Counted from the stretch's first letter, positions 25,873 to 39,478 are shown. The stretch: DNA of 64,000 bases from Octopus sinensis (GCF_006345805.1 NC_043003.1:103416001-103480000); one strand, 5' to 3'. Notes: generated by a model from the letters alone, not told the origin. Made by a program: numbers and translations.

Positions 25873-28800
25873 TTTTTCTTTATTAGCCACACAGGGCTGC
25901 ACACAGATAGAACAAATTACAAGGTAGAGCTTTTCTTTTGGGGGTAAAAAAAAGGGAGTGGTGGTTTTCGATCAAAAGGGATCGTAAAAGGAAAGAAAGA
26001 GGACTAAAAAAAAAGGGAGGGGTTAATAAAAAAAAAAAAAGGTGGGGGGAGAGCAAAAAAATTGATCAATAGGGATCGTTATCACAGAAATATCAATATG
26101 AAGTGTAAAGGGGAGAACAGGTGAGGTTTACCCGTGGAAAGAAAAGCCTACGGAAAAGACCACGGTAACCTCGGTCAATGAAGTCACATGTTATATTTCT
26201 TTTTTTTTTTGCAAATAAGCAACTCTCTGTATTAATTTTTACGGTTCATAGAATCATAGTCAAGGTGGCTTCGTCATTCATACGTGCCATCCTTGCTACA
26301 TTCACCCATCTTTTTTTAAAACATTCACTAGACAAAACTTGCCTCTCTACTCTCACTTTCCTCTCTACTCTCACTTTCCTCTTCAAGTGATACTTGAAGA
26401 AGTTGATGAGAGATTGACCAGAGAGGAAAGTGTTTGTCTCTAATCCTTTCAGGCGCGTCCACCAGATACATTCTTTCGCCATAGCCACAAGTATGATAAA
26501 AATAGCTCTTCCTTCCCGTTTGAAGGAAGGAGGCGTGACGATATTAACGATAGACTCGGCTGATAAACCGACACGTCCCACACGTGACAGCAGTCGTTCG
26601 ACATAAGCCCACAGGTCGGAAATTGCTGGACACTGCACGATTGCGTGCAGAGCGGTTTCGTCGCTCTGCCCGCATCTCGGGCAGGTCGGCCCCGTGTTTC
26701 TCGAGCCATGCCTATAGAGCTTATCCCCACGGGTAGCGCTTCTCGGTAGCACCGCCAGGCCAGGGATCTCTGGAAGTTGTCCATAGGTCCCGGGCCGAAA
26801 GTCGTTTGAAACAGGCGGGTCAGGTATTCCTCGTCGACGCCCAGGTTTGCCCCGAGCTCGTCGTCGTACCTCCCCTCCACTAATCCCCTATAGAATGCTT
26901 TGGTTGTGTTGAAGTCACTCAAGGTCGACCCGGGACGGCAGAGTTGCTTGAGAGCAACGCGACACTCGCGGTGCCATTCGCCCTTACTCGGCCTCTTTTT
27001 GATCCACGACTGTAGTTCGGTCATGGAGACGAGTTGCGGGAATGCGTGCCTCACAAACGGCGACCACACCTGTTCACCGTCGTCTACATAGAGCCGGAGA
27101 TGTCGCAGTCTCAGCGCGTGTCTGCGCATCATCAACCACGGCATGCCCAGCCCTCCTTTTAACGGGTGTTGACAGCAAATGGATCGCCTGACCATCGGGA
27201 CGCATCCTTTCCACAAGAAGCAGAAGAGAATGCGTTCTAGTTTGGTGATGGCAGGGTCGGGACAAGGTACGACGGTCAGGCGGTAGTAGATGATGGACGC
27301 GATGTACGCGTTCACAACCTCCGCCCGACCTTTTAGGGACAGTTTCCTCTCGGCCCATTGCTGGGCGAGAGTGACTACCCCACTCGTTATCTCGTTCCAG
27401 TTCTTCTCCATTTGGAGGTCCGGACCGAACCAGACCCCGAGCAACTCAACCGGGCCGTCTGTCCAGCGTCCCACGACGGAGGTACTGGTGGACGGCATGG
27501 GCTTGCTTCTCCAGGTGCCGAGCCGCAAGCCCACTGACTTTTCCCGGTTGATTTTTGCTCCTGTCACCGCTTCGTAGTCTTTCAGTGTCTCGCCGACCCG
27601 CTCGATGTGCTCGTGGCTTGACACTATGACGGTGACGTCGTCCGCGTATGCAGACACGCTCGTCCCGCATCCCAATTCTCGCGGGATGCCCCTTAGAGTC
27701 GCCAGCTTCCGCAGTAGTGGCTCAAGAGTCAATACGTATAGAAGCGCCGAGAGGGGGCATCCCTGACGGACCGAACGTGCAATGTCGAAAGGTCTCGATA
27801 GATGTCCATTTACGCGAATTACCGAACGGATGCCTCTGTACAAGGCAGCTATCCAGCCGCGGAAGACGGGACCGAAACCAGCCGCTCTCAGGACTGCCTC
27901 CAAGTATCGATGGTCTACCCTATCAAAGGCTTTCGATTGATCCAAGTTGATCAGGGCCCCACCCATGCCAGGTTCGTTAACTACTCTGTCTATGATGTAG
28001 CGCATCAGATGGAGGTTGTCATGGATGCTCCGGCCCGGCACGGCGCACGTTTGTGCGTTGTCGACCAGTTTCTCGATGTCAAGCGCCAACCTCTTGGCTA
28101 ACACCTTTGTCAAAATTTTCAGGTCTGCATTCAGCAGCGTGATTGGTCTAAAGTTATCTATAATGTTTCCCTTGTTTGGATCTTTCTTCAGCAGAGTTAC
28201 AGCTCCTCGACTCACAAAACCGGGTATGCTCCCGTTTTGCTGCCAGTTGCAGTATACCGCTGCCAAGACGTCTCCAAACAAGTCTGGCATACAATTGTAA
28301 AACTCGTAGGGTAGACCATCCAAACCCGGTGATTTGTCCCTCGAGCATTCTGCTATCGCTTCCTGCACTTCCGCCGCCGTGATGGCACCTTCGCAGCACC
28401 CTGCCTTTCTTGTCGAGAGTCGTGGCAGGCTATGTAGGTAGGCACTGAAGTCCACCCTACGTTCTTGCCCTCCACTCGTCCCGAACAGTCGGGCAAAATG
28501 CTGCTGAAAGGCCTCACACATTTTACTTGGCTCGAGCAATTCGCGCCCCTGTTCACCTACCAGTGACCGAATGGTGGCTTTGTTGCCCTGTTGCGCCTCT
28601 GCCACCCGGGCCTCTCTCGCGGCTCCAACACCTTCGTTCCTTAGAGCACGCATCCTAGCTCTGACAGCACATCCTTCGTGTTTGGCGTTGAAGTGTTGGT
28701 CGAGGGCCAACCTCGCCGCCAAAACGTCGGATGCGATGCCGCTTCTAATTGCCTCTTCTAGCTTCTTAACTAGCTCACCCTCTACTCTATTTCTATCTAT

Positions 28801-29351
28801 GGCTAGTGCTTTGCTGTACCTAATCGCTTCTGCTTTTACTGCTCTCTTGAGGGCAAACCACCATTTGTTGTTGATGATGGCTCCCGTCAAAGCCCTCTTT
28901 ACTAGTCTCTGAAAACTTGTCTGGACGGGAATGAGGCGTTCAGTTTCCAGTACCCAGGACCCTGTCTATGTGCCTTATCTAAGTCTAGCGTACACGTCAC
29001 CAATTTGTGATCCGTGTAGCTGACTGTGTGGAATTGTGGACATCCTAAGTTATCCTTGTCTACTGTCCTACACAGTATCCTATCTAGATACGATCTCGAC
29101 GACCCACTGCGGTTGCTCCATGTCCACGTTGGTGCATTTGGGTGGTCGAGTCGGTACCTGTCAGACAGTTGGAATCGTCTGAGCAGGTCTCTGAGACATT
29201 TGCATCCCCTTCTGTTTCTGTCTCTACCCACGTAGTCTACATGCGTGTCCAAGGTAGCATTCCAATCCCCCACTAAGAGTAAAGGACGAGACGTTCCCAA
29301 GAATACTTCTAGACGTCGAAAGAAATCCGCCCGACCTGTTAAGGGCGGGTG
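25873..29351 (-). mobile_element. Tx1/L1-clade non-LTR retrotransposon, copy 1; 5'-truncated inside the endonuclease, with complete 3' UTR
   Basis: APE endonuclease motifs ([21 protein letters not shown]); RT motifs (SPGLDGLPYEFY, FRPITLLNAD, LDQSKAFDRV, VRQGCPLS, YADD); C-terminal CPRC..H...C knuckle; 3' end AATAAAG followed directly by (TCTA)n. Confidence 0.93.
26246..29340 (-). pseudogene. LINE ORF2 (APE-RT-zinc knuckle) broken by two frameshifts (about 28900 and about 26745), with an 18-bp internal duplication (RKVRVE twice)
   Basis: ORF pieces 28902-29300, 26449-28890 and 26246-26752. Copy 3 reads EALPVRDKLY through the site where copy 1 lacks 1 nt. Confidence 0.9.
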
Positions 29352-29475
<124 letters not shown>

Positions 29476-29476
29476 T

Positions 29477-29825
29477 GTTTCTTTATTAGCCAGAAATCTG
29501 TGGAAGTTGTCCATGGGCCCTGGCCCGAAAGTCGTCCTGAACAGGCGGGTCAGGTATTCCTCGTTGACGTCCAGGTTCGCCCCGAGCTCGTCGTCGTACC
29601 TCCCCTCCACTAATCCCCTATAGAATGCTTTGGTTGTGTTGAAGTTACTCAAGGTCGACCCGAGACGGCATAGTTGCTTGAGAGCAACGCGACACTCGCG
29701 GTGCCATTCGCCCTTCCTCGGCCTCTTTTAGATCCACGACTGCAGTTCGGTCATGGAGACGAGTTGCGGAAAAGCGTGCCTCACAAACGGCGACCACACC
29801 TGTTCACCGTCGTCTACGTAGAGCC
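29477..29825 (-). mobile_element. Tx1-like LINE copy 2: the 3'-terminal 16 nt fused to an internal ORF2 fragment
   Basis: gtttctttattagcca is joined to sequence matching 26762-27096; (GATA)n on both sides. Confidence 0.85.
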
Positions 29826-29826
29826 T

Positions 29827-29933
<107 letters not shown>

Positions 29934-30222
29934 GCGGAGGGAGAGATGGATAGATAGATAGATAGCAGCGTAGTAATATTCTGGGGTACTGTGTATGTAT
30001 CTGGGTGATGGTGATGTTGATGTGGTGACAATTATATCTGGTCCTAGTCGTGTGATTCGATTAGTCAACGTTGATCTGTTGGTGGTGGTGGTGGTGTGGT
30101 GGTGGTGGTGGTGGTGGTGGTGGTGGTGGTGTGGTGAGGATAAGCAGAGACAGGAGGAATGGAGGAATGGAGGAGACAATGTAGAGTGATAAAAGATGGT
30201 GTTTTTCCTTCTAATTTATCAG

Positions 30223-30303
30223 GTACCGACAACAGAGACAAGAGCAAGAGACGAAGGTGAAACTGTTCCGAAGGTTGTCGCCGCTGTGGACAAACACCAC
30301 ACG
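30223..30303 (+). CDS. 81-nt phase 0/0 exon, VPTTETRARDEGETVPKVVAAVDKHHT
   Basis: Acceptor tttttccttctaatttatcag|, donor ACG|GTAAGT, open in phase 0. Confidence 0.8.
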
Positions 30304-30397
30304 GTAAGTGTCCTTTGGTCATCAACACAACACTGTTCTGTTTGTATGTTGTAAAGGTAGACAGACAAACATATAGACAGACGGACGGACAGACAGC

Positions 30398-30439
<42 letters not shown>

Positions 30440-30440
30440 T

Positions 30441-31498
30441 GTTTCTTTATTAGCCACACAGGGCTGCACACAGATAGAACAAATTACAAGGTAGAGCTTT
30501 TCTTTTGAAGGTATTAAAAAAAAAAAAAAAAAAAAAAAAAGGAAGGGGGAGGTTCGATCAAAGGGATCGTAAAAGGAGAGAAAGAGGACAAAAATAAGGG
30601 GGGTTAAAAAAAAAAAAAAAAAAAAAAAGGGGGGTGAGAGGAAAAAAAATGATCAATAGGGATCGTTATCACAGAAATGTCAATATGAAGTGTAAAGGGG
30701 AGGACAGGTGAGGTTTACCCGTGGAAAGAAAAGCCTACGGAAAAGACCACGGTAACCTCGGTCAATGAAGTCACATTTTATATTTCTTTTTTTTTTTTTT
30801 TTTTTTGCAAATAAGCAACTCTCTGTTTTGGATTTCTGGGTTCATAGGACTATGCTCAAGGTGGCTTCGTCATTCATACGTGCCATTCTTGCTACATTCA
30901 CCCATCTTTTTTTAAAACATTCGCTAGACAAAACTTGCCTCTCTACTCTCACTTTCCTTTTCAAGTGGTACTTGAAGAAGTTGATGAGAGATTGACCAGA
31001 GAGGAAAGTGTTTGTCTCCAATCCTTTCAGACGCGTCCACCAGATACATTCTTTCGCCATAGCCACAAGGATGATGAAAATAGCTCTTCCTTCCCGTTTG
31101 AAGGAAGGAGGCGTGACAATATTGACGATAGACTCAGCTGATAAACCGACTCGTCCCACACGTGACAGCAGTTGTTCGACATAAGCCCACAGGTCGGAAA
31201 TTGTTGGACACTGAACGAGTGCGTGCAGAACGGTTTCGTCGCTCTGACCGCATCTCGGGCAGGTCGGCCCCGTGTTTCTCGAGCCGTGTCTGTAGAGCTT
31301 ATCCCGAACGGGTAGCGCTTCTCGGTAGCACTGCCAGGCCAGGGATCTCTGGAAGTTGTCCATGGGCCCTGGCCCGAAAGTCGTCCCGAACAGGCGGGTC
31401 AGGTACTCCTCGTCGACGTCCAGGTTCGCCCCGAGCTCGTCGTCGTACCTCCCCTCCACTAAACCCCTATAGAATGCTTTGGTTGTGTTGAAGTCACT
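30441..31498 (-). mobile_element. Tx1-like LINE copy 3, about 1.06 kb, 5'-truncated
   Basis: Collinear with 25873-26918 (3' UTR plus zinc-knuckle end of ORF2); (GATA)n on both sides. Confidence 0.92.
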
Positions 31499-31526
31499 AG
31501 ATAGATAGATAGATAGATAGATAGAC

Positions 31527-31633
<107 letters not shown>

Positions 31634-32411
31634 CATGTATACATGCATATATGTATATATATTAAATAAACATATACACATTTTCATACACACGCATCCA
31701 CACACACGCATCCACACACATACATACACACACACACACACACACGTACACACACACATACAGACGAGCGTGCATATATATATCAGGCAATACAAACATA
31801 CACATATCAGGTGAAAAAGGAGCTGCTCAGAAAATATTCTCCGACTGGTAGCCAATGATACATACCTATGGAAATTTCATAGTTTACCGCAACATAGCAA
31901 CGCACCAATGAAAAAAATATGCTAAAATGTTGTTGATGAAACCGCAATAAAAAGTAAGGAAAACCGACCAGACATCATAATTTGGGACAGAGTAAAGAGA
32001 ATATGAACAATGCAGGTAATATGTTAAGTTAATGTTGATGATTATTGGAAAACGAACACATCTACAGGATGCAGCCAAAAAACGATACAATATTTTACAG
32101 GCTGACAAATGTTTCAACAAAAAACACGTGATGTGCACGAGCCCAAACTCTGTAAAAAATCATAAACTAGTCGCTACAGGAAGACCCCGTTACCACCTAC
32201 CTAATTTCACTCGGGTTATACAAAGAGTCGTTTAAAATATGGGAGATGTTTTCTGCCGCACACTGTGTGTTGAATTAATGAGAAATATATAGATATACAA
32301 CACGAACTAAAGCTATTGGGGAATTTGAAGATGCAACTAACTGCTTCAGTATCAATCTTGCAAAGCTTGGCTTCACATCACCAGTACGAACACGACTAAT
32401 TACAGAAACAA

Positions 32412-32734
32412 GTGGCTCTCCGTTGTTTACGACGACGAGATTTCCAGTTGATCTGGACAACGTAACAGCCTACTCGTGAAATTAACGTGCGAATGGCTGA
32501 GCACTCCACAGACACGCGTACTCATAACGTAGTTCTCAGGAAGACTCAGCGTAACACAGAATATGACAAGGCTGGCCCTTTGAAACACAGGTACAACTCA
32601 TTTTTGCCAAATGAGTGGACGAGAGAAACGTGAAACAAAGTGTCTTGCTCAAGGATACAACACGTCTTCGGGAATCGAACTCACGACCCTACGATTGTGT
32701 GTTGAATACCCTAACCACCAAACCACGCGCCTTC
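32412..32734 (-). mobile_element. SINE family A, full length, diverged
   Basis: Reverse complement aligns with 22127-22434. Confidence 0.8.
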
Positions 32735-32818
32735 AGAAATTTACAGCTATAAGCCATTAATGAACTCGTGAAGAAATGTTTAAATGTTTAGTATGTATTA
32801 TGTGCATATATATATATG

Positions 32819-32851
<33 letters not shown>

Positions 32852-32936
32852 ATACACATATATCATGTGTGTATGTATGCATATCTATATGCATGTTTAC
32901 ATAATATATATATATACATACATATATATATATATA

Positions 32937-33809
32937 CAGGGTGCGATGGGTAAATTGTTGCCATCTTATATTTTTTATTTTGTGCATGCACATTGCTTGT
33001 TTTTGATTTTGTCAACTGCACAGTAAAGTAAGGTCAGTTGGGTACTGTCAGTGAGAAAAACAGCACCATTACACAATTCACTCTGCCAGTAATTAGGAAA
33101 CGACATGTGGTACTGCTTGGCATTTGAGCCAGAAGCTCCAATACAAACATTTCAGAGTGTTTGGGTGTCAATCTGAGGACATACACCAAGAGTGATAAAA
33201 ATCAAACATCCCGTCAACGTCATGATGTTTGGAATGATCACTAGTGATGGCGACATTATGCCTCTATTAATCTTCCCACACGGCCTCAGACTCAACATGG
33301 AGGCCTACATCAAGTGCTTGGAGGAGGTGGCGCTGTCCTGGGTCAAGAGGGTGGCTGCTGGAAGACCCTATGTCTGGCAACAGGACTCTGCACCATGCCA
33401 CACAAGCAAGAGAATCCAGTCATGGCTATCAGAGAATTGCTTCGACCACATTATCCCTAACATCTGGCCACCTAACTCTCCAGACTGCAACCCCCTTGAT
33501 TATTATGTGTAGGGCGCAGTTGAGCGAGAGACCAACAAAACTCCTTGCAACACCAAAGATGAACTGAAGGCAAAGATTATGGCAGTATACACCAACTTAA
33601 ACAAGAAGACCATCGAGAAAGGTTTCTGGAGATTCCAAAGTTGTCTGGGGGCTGTGGTTGAAGCCAATGGCGATTTTATTGAGTAAATTTACTCTTTAGT
33701 ATTTCAAGATATTTTTATATAATTTTGGTAAATATATCTGTCAAAATGACATGTCAGTGTTATTTTCATTTTTGCGTAACTTAGACAACAGTTTATTCAC
33801 CGCACCCAG
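32937..33809 (+). mobile_element. Internally deleted Tc1/mariner DD37D (maT-type) DNA transposon
   Basis: Transposase remnant WQQDSAPCH...WPPNSPDCNPLDY with 37 residues between the 2nd and 3rd Asp, followed by an in-frame stop. Imperfect TIRs (CAGGGTGCGATGGGTAAATTGTTGCC vs CTGGGTGCGGTGAATAAACTGTTGTC). TA on both sides. Confidence 0.88.
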
Positions 33810-33827
33810 TACACACACACACGCACG

Positions 33828-33917
<90 letters not shown>

Positions 33918-34508
33918 CGATTAAGGAAACAGAAGATGGATTTGGTATAACTTATTTTGTACGACGATCGTTTCGACCCATCCAGCGACTGTCCCTTATG
34001 GGTGGGATGCTGTGCATCAAATCGTGTTGCATCAATTTTACAGTCTGGGTCACCAGTGCTTTACTCAACACATCAGCACACTAATTGACATATACCCATT
34101 AGTCTAAAATATTACATGTATATATATATATATATATATATGTGACATATGTGGAACGTGTCAATACATACATACTGGTAGCTCCATTAGAACAAAAAAT
34201 GGACAGATTTTCGCAAACGCAGATATGAACTGCAAAAGTAGAAATTTGATCTTCTGCATTAAATGCCTGTATTGCGAGGAACTATATACAGGCGAGACAG
34301 GGAATGCATTATCGGTATATTCATGAGTCCACAGGCAACAAAACCGGAACACTAATGTTTGCCAAATTCCATTGAGTGAACATATAGAAACATGTGATCA
34401 GAAAATGTTTTTTAATGTTAAAATACCATAATGAAAAACGTGAAAAACAGATTATGCTTTAACTTTATTCAGCTGATATTTTATTCTCTGCACATTCACA
34501 CAAATTTG

Positions 34509-34604
<96 letters not shown>

Positions 34605-34778
34605 AGAGTTTACGAAAAAAACAAAAGACAGGTGGTGTACAAAACTAACAGATGTATTAGTATAACGCTCAGGAATAGAAAAAGTCTTTTACGTTTCGAG
34701 CCTACGCTCTTCTACAGAAAGGGACACAGAAAAAAACAAGGGGAGAAACAAGGAGAGAAAAAAATGTGTGTAGTGGCT

Positions 34779-34832
<54 letters not shown>

Positions 34833-35455
34833 ATCGACAGCATTAAAAATAAATCCACTCTCAGGGCTTTGGCCGACTCGAGAAGACACTTTCCAACGGG
34901 CCATGTGGTTGCGAAGCTAACTTTTTACCACACAGCCATACTTGCGCCTGTGTGTGTATGTGCGCGTGTGTGTGTGCGTGTATGTGTGTGTGCGTGTGTG
35001 TGTGTGTGTATACTCTTGCACACAAACATACATACACTTCATAAAAGAAAAACATTGTCTCACTTGCACGCATTAACGCGTGCACACTTCAGAAGTCGAC
35101 ATCTTCATACACACCTTTTACAAAAACGGACAAAAAGGAACCTAGATAGATATGACGTTGGCCATTGCTCTATATGTCATTGATAGATCTGTCCAATCAT
35201 CATACGCTTCGTTTTTCTATTACCTTACAGCAAATAACGTGTACGGACATATTGGATTTTATATTGTTACTTTGTATCTGTTGTTGTTTTGGGTTTTTTT
35301 TTACACTTTTGGTATAATAATTGTAAGATACAGCTGACTTTTTTCAACACGCCTCCTATCCCTCCCGTTCCTCCACTTCTTCCTCCTCCTTTTCTTTTCG
35401 TCTTCTTTGTGAAGCTTTCTGCTATTTTTCTGGCTTTTTATTGCTGCTGCTGCTG

Positions 35456-35549
35456 CTTCTTCTTCTTCTTCTTCTTCTTCTTCTTCTTCTTCTTCTTCTT
35501 CTTCTTCTTCTTCTTCTTCTTCTTCTTCTTCTTCTTCTTCTTCTTCTTC
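35456..35549. repeat. (TTC)n microsatellite
   Basis: Seen directly; also (TAG)n 19088-19234, (TGC)n 37026-37104, (TA)n 46207-46381, (ATT)n 62949-63057 and 63583-63776. Confidence 0.97.
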
Positions 35550-36656
35550 TCCTCCTCCTTCTTCTACTTCTCCTCCTCTCCTCTTCTTCCTCTTCTTCCT
35601 CCTCCTCCTCCGCTTTCTTCTTCTACTTCCTCTTCTCCTCCTCCTCCTCCTTCTTTTTCTTCTTCTTCCAATTCTTCTTCTTCCACTTATGTTTTGTCTT
35701 GTTTCTTCTTTATTTTCGTTTTATCTTAGTCTTTTTCAACTTTTCTTGTCCCTTCTTTATTTCCTTCTATTTCTTCACATTCTTCTTCATATTTCTTTTC
35801 TTTTTCTTCTTCAACTTCTTCTCCTTCCCTTTCTCTTCTTTTTTCTTCTTCTATTTCTGCTTCTGCTATTGCTACAGCTAACAATGATGATGATGATGAC
35901 GACGACGGCGACAACAACAACGATGATGGCGTTGATAATTATGATGATGACAGTGGTGGTGGTGATGGTAGTGGTAGGGGTGGGGCTAGGGGGCCGTTAG
36001 TTTTTTTATATCTTATTAAGACTGCATTTGCGCCATCTTTTTACGATCGTCATTGTGATTACTTCTGCAGTTCGTATCCTTCTTAATGCTATAATCATTG
36101 CTGTTGTCGTTGTTATTGTTGCTGTTTTGCTGTTGCTACGGAAACTGCATTTGCAGCTCTTGTTATTGATATTGTTGTTAATATTGTTGCTGTTTTGTTG
36201 TTGTAGTTGTTGTTGCTGTTAGTGTTGACGTTCTTCTAGTTCTCTGTTTTATTTTTATTTACATTTTATATGCGTGTTTGTTTTATTGTTCTTCTTTTAT
36301 CTTTAATTTTTGGTACGCTTTGTTCAAACTACTTCTGCCCCTCCTAATGTTACGGTTGCAGTAGTTGTGGGTACGGATGTTGTTGTTGTAGCTGTTGTGG
36401 TTGTAATGCTCGTTCAGTAACTGTTGCGGTTGTAGTTGGCCTACTTGTTTCTATTGCTGTTGTGGTTGTTGTTGTGCCTGTGGTTTTTCGATACAGCTGT
36501 TGTTGTTGTTATCGTTGTGTTGCAGCAGCTGTTGTTATTAATCTTAGTGTTCCTATCGATAAAGTTCTTGTTGTTGTTCTTATTGTCGTTGTTGATCTTA
36601 TCGTTGTTGTTATCGTCGTCGTCGACGTCATTCTTGCTGCTGTTGCTGTTGCTGTT

Positions 36657-37022
36657 GAGCGAACGGTCTTCGTCCCAGAGCTCACAAGGTGGGATAAGTC
36701 CGAAACGTGGTCCTTTGCTATTCGTAAGACCCGCAGAAGAGAAAGCAGGTCAACCCCCGACACCGAGAGCATCGACGGTTGGATGAATGCGCATCCAGGC
36801 TCAGCGGTTGCGTAGGAAGTTGGGGCCAAGAAACAGGAAGAAAGAGTGAGAGAAAGTTGGGGCAAAAGAGTACATCAGGGGTCGCCACCACCCCCTGCCG
36901 GAACCTCGTGGAGCTTTAGGTGTTTTCGATCAATAAACACACACAACGCCCGGTCGGGGAATCGAAACCGCGATCCTCCGACCGCGAGTCCGCTGCCCTA
37001 ACCATTGGGCCATTGCGCCTCC
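36657..37022 (-). mobile_element. SINE family D copy
   Basis: Near-identical to 23939-24300. Confidence 0.85.
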
Positions 37023-37024
37023 AC

Positions 37025-37104
<80 letters not shown>

Positions 37105-37442
37105 ATATTATAGTTTTGCTAAGATACTGTGAGACGATGATTCAAAGCGCAAAAAACAAAATAAATATGGCTGCGACAACTTTTAACAGCGCTGCTGCAC
37201 TCACAACGATAATTGTCTTGAATTACAATACGCTACACACTGTTGTTGTTGTTGCTGTTATTGTTGTTGTTGTTGTTGTTGTTGTTGCTGCTGCTGTTGG
37301 TGATGTTGGCATTGATGTAGTTGTTGTTGTGTTTGTTATTTACTTGTTATTTTTATGTTAATGTCTTTTATTATTATTTTTCTTCTTAACGATAATGATA
37401 CTGTTGTTGATATTGGGAGTTAATACTTAGCAGCACTGTAAC

Positions 37443-37474
<32 letters not shown>

Positions 37475-38066
37475 CAACGACGACGACTTTGATGATATAC
37501 TGTCATCATCGTCATTATCACCATCGTCATAATCATCATCATCATCACCACCACAACCACCACAACCACCACCAACCACCACCACCATCAAAACCATCAT
37601 CATCATCGTCGTCGTCGTCATTACCACTACCATTATCATCAGTAGCAGCAGCACCACCAAAAACAAAGCACTATCACCACAACCTCCGCTACCACTACCA
37701 CCATCGCCATCACCATCATCATCCTGATTTTATTTTTACCATAGGGAGAGCTAGTGTTGGAAAAGAGGTCTAGCAGATTAAACCACTTGAATAATTTTAT
37801 GAAGTAGATTATAAACATTTTCTTTTTTGTATGAACAACGTCAGTCCCTTACAGGACTGCCATTATAATGTAAGGTCCTCCTTGTCTGAGCTAATTTCGT
37901 GTGTATGAATCAGAGCGATTTCTGTTACAGAGACTATAGGTTTTGGTATTTCAGATAGATATAGGTAACCCTGTCTGAAATAAAGGCTCTTCGTGAAATG
38001 GAGGCCCTGGGCGAAATATGTAAGTTAGTCTGTCTTCCTGTCACATCTATAAGATATCCCCAGTTG

Positions 38067-38844
38067 ATATTGTCACAGCTATTTAGTGTCGCCACTCTAT
38101 TTTATCATATTTGTCTTATGTCACAGTGAAAATAACCGGCATCTCGGAGAAACCGTGCGAGCCGTCCGAACACTTGGAAAATGGATACACGACTGCGAAG
38201 GGCCAGGCAAGAAGCTAGTACCGGCAGCGGAACGTTGTGTAGAGGCTGCTCCTACACCGACTGCGTGTGAATCGTTCGTACGAAACCGACGTTGCGCCGA
38301 TGCACACAGAGCTCCACGAGCCGACCTGCGCACGGACAACCGCAACAGACGTGCGCTAGGCGAAGCACCTACGGCGCCGTCATATTCAACATGCTGCTCG
38401 AAATAAATAAGCACGGCTGTCTTTCTGTCAAATCAGTCAAGTATCCATTCTTTATATTGTTACAGCTGTCTATCGTGAGTCCCCACTCTATTTTGTCATA
38501 TCTATCTAGTATCATAGTGAACGTTACGATCGCCTTAGTTACTCGGCAAAGAGCATCCTCGAAGGAATGCCGAGAAATGGACAGGCGACCACGAATGCCC
38601 AAACGAGCGGCATGACACTGGTACCGGCAGTGGAACGTTGCGAATATGCTATTTCAACAACGACGCAGCGATATACACAGAGGTTCGCAACCCGACTGCA
38701 CACACACCGAGAATGCGAGCGGACGAGAAATAGACGCGCGTTGGCGCATCCGCAACGGCGCTGTTGCCTGGACGTTTTGGGACAGGTTTTCCAGACTCAA
38801 ACTCCGACTACGAGGCATTATGTAATGCCTATATTGTCACATCT
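38067..38844. repeat. Two diverged units of about 380 bp, GC/CpG-rich, delimited by ATATTGT[C/T]ACA[G/T]CT at 38067, 38454 and 38831
   Basis: Shared anchors ccactctatttt.tcatat, gtaccggcag.ggaacgttg and aa.agacg.gcg.t.ggcg at matching offsets. Confidence 0.75.
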
Positions 38845-39245
38845 AAAGTGACCACTTTCCATTCTGACTGCTATCTAATACCATGCTATCTCCTAAGATA
38901 TATGTTTATACATATCAAAAACTGACACACCTCTCTCCTAAAATATGTCTTTAGACATTTCTCTACTCTCACACCGTTCTTCTAAAATGTATCCTGAAAC
39001 ATGTCTTAACTCTTAATTGTCTTCTAAGATATGTCTTAACACGTATCTCAGCTGTCAAACTCCTCTCCTGAGATATGTCTTAGCACATATTTCAAATGTC
39101 ACGTTCTATGGTTGCATATCTTTACTGCCTCATTTATCTTCTGTTTCACCGTTTCATTGTCACTCTTTCGATAGTCATAACCTCTCGGCTATGACATTTT
39201 TATTTTTACATCTCGCTTATTTCCCTTGCACCACTAACATCCCCC

Positions 39246-39291
<46 letters not shown>

Positions 39292-39432
39292 ATCTATTTA
39301 TCTATCTATATCACTTTCTCACTTATTCTTTCTTTCTCTCTACTATTATACCTCTCCAATGTCACATATCTCTCTTTCTCGGCACACTCTACAGCCACCA
39401 CACAATCGTATTAGTAGACGTAACTCTCAAAG

Positions 39433-39478
<46 letters not shown>

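Noticed and set aside
31811-31847. Possible exon after atatcag (VKKELLRKYSPT)
   Set aside because: No pyrimidine tract, weak donor, not a multiple of 3
33955-34030. Further hammerhead candidates: CGAAAC-GATC-GTC (minus) here, CTGACTGA...CGAAA at 40052-40090, and CTGTCGA...GAAA (minus) at 47120-47170
   Set aside because: Each lacks either a recognisable CUGANGA strand, a pairing stem I, or a correctly placed NUH; possibly decayed relatives but not supportable
38880-39090. Degenerate repeat of about 40 bp (ctcctaagatatgtctta) after the GC-rich units
   Set aside because: Too decayed to define units; probably an old minisatellite
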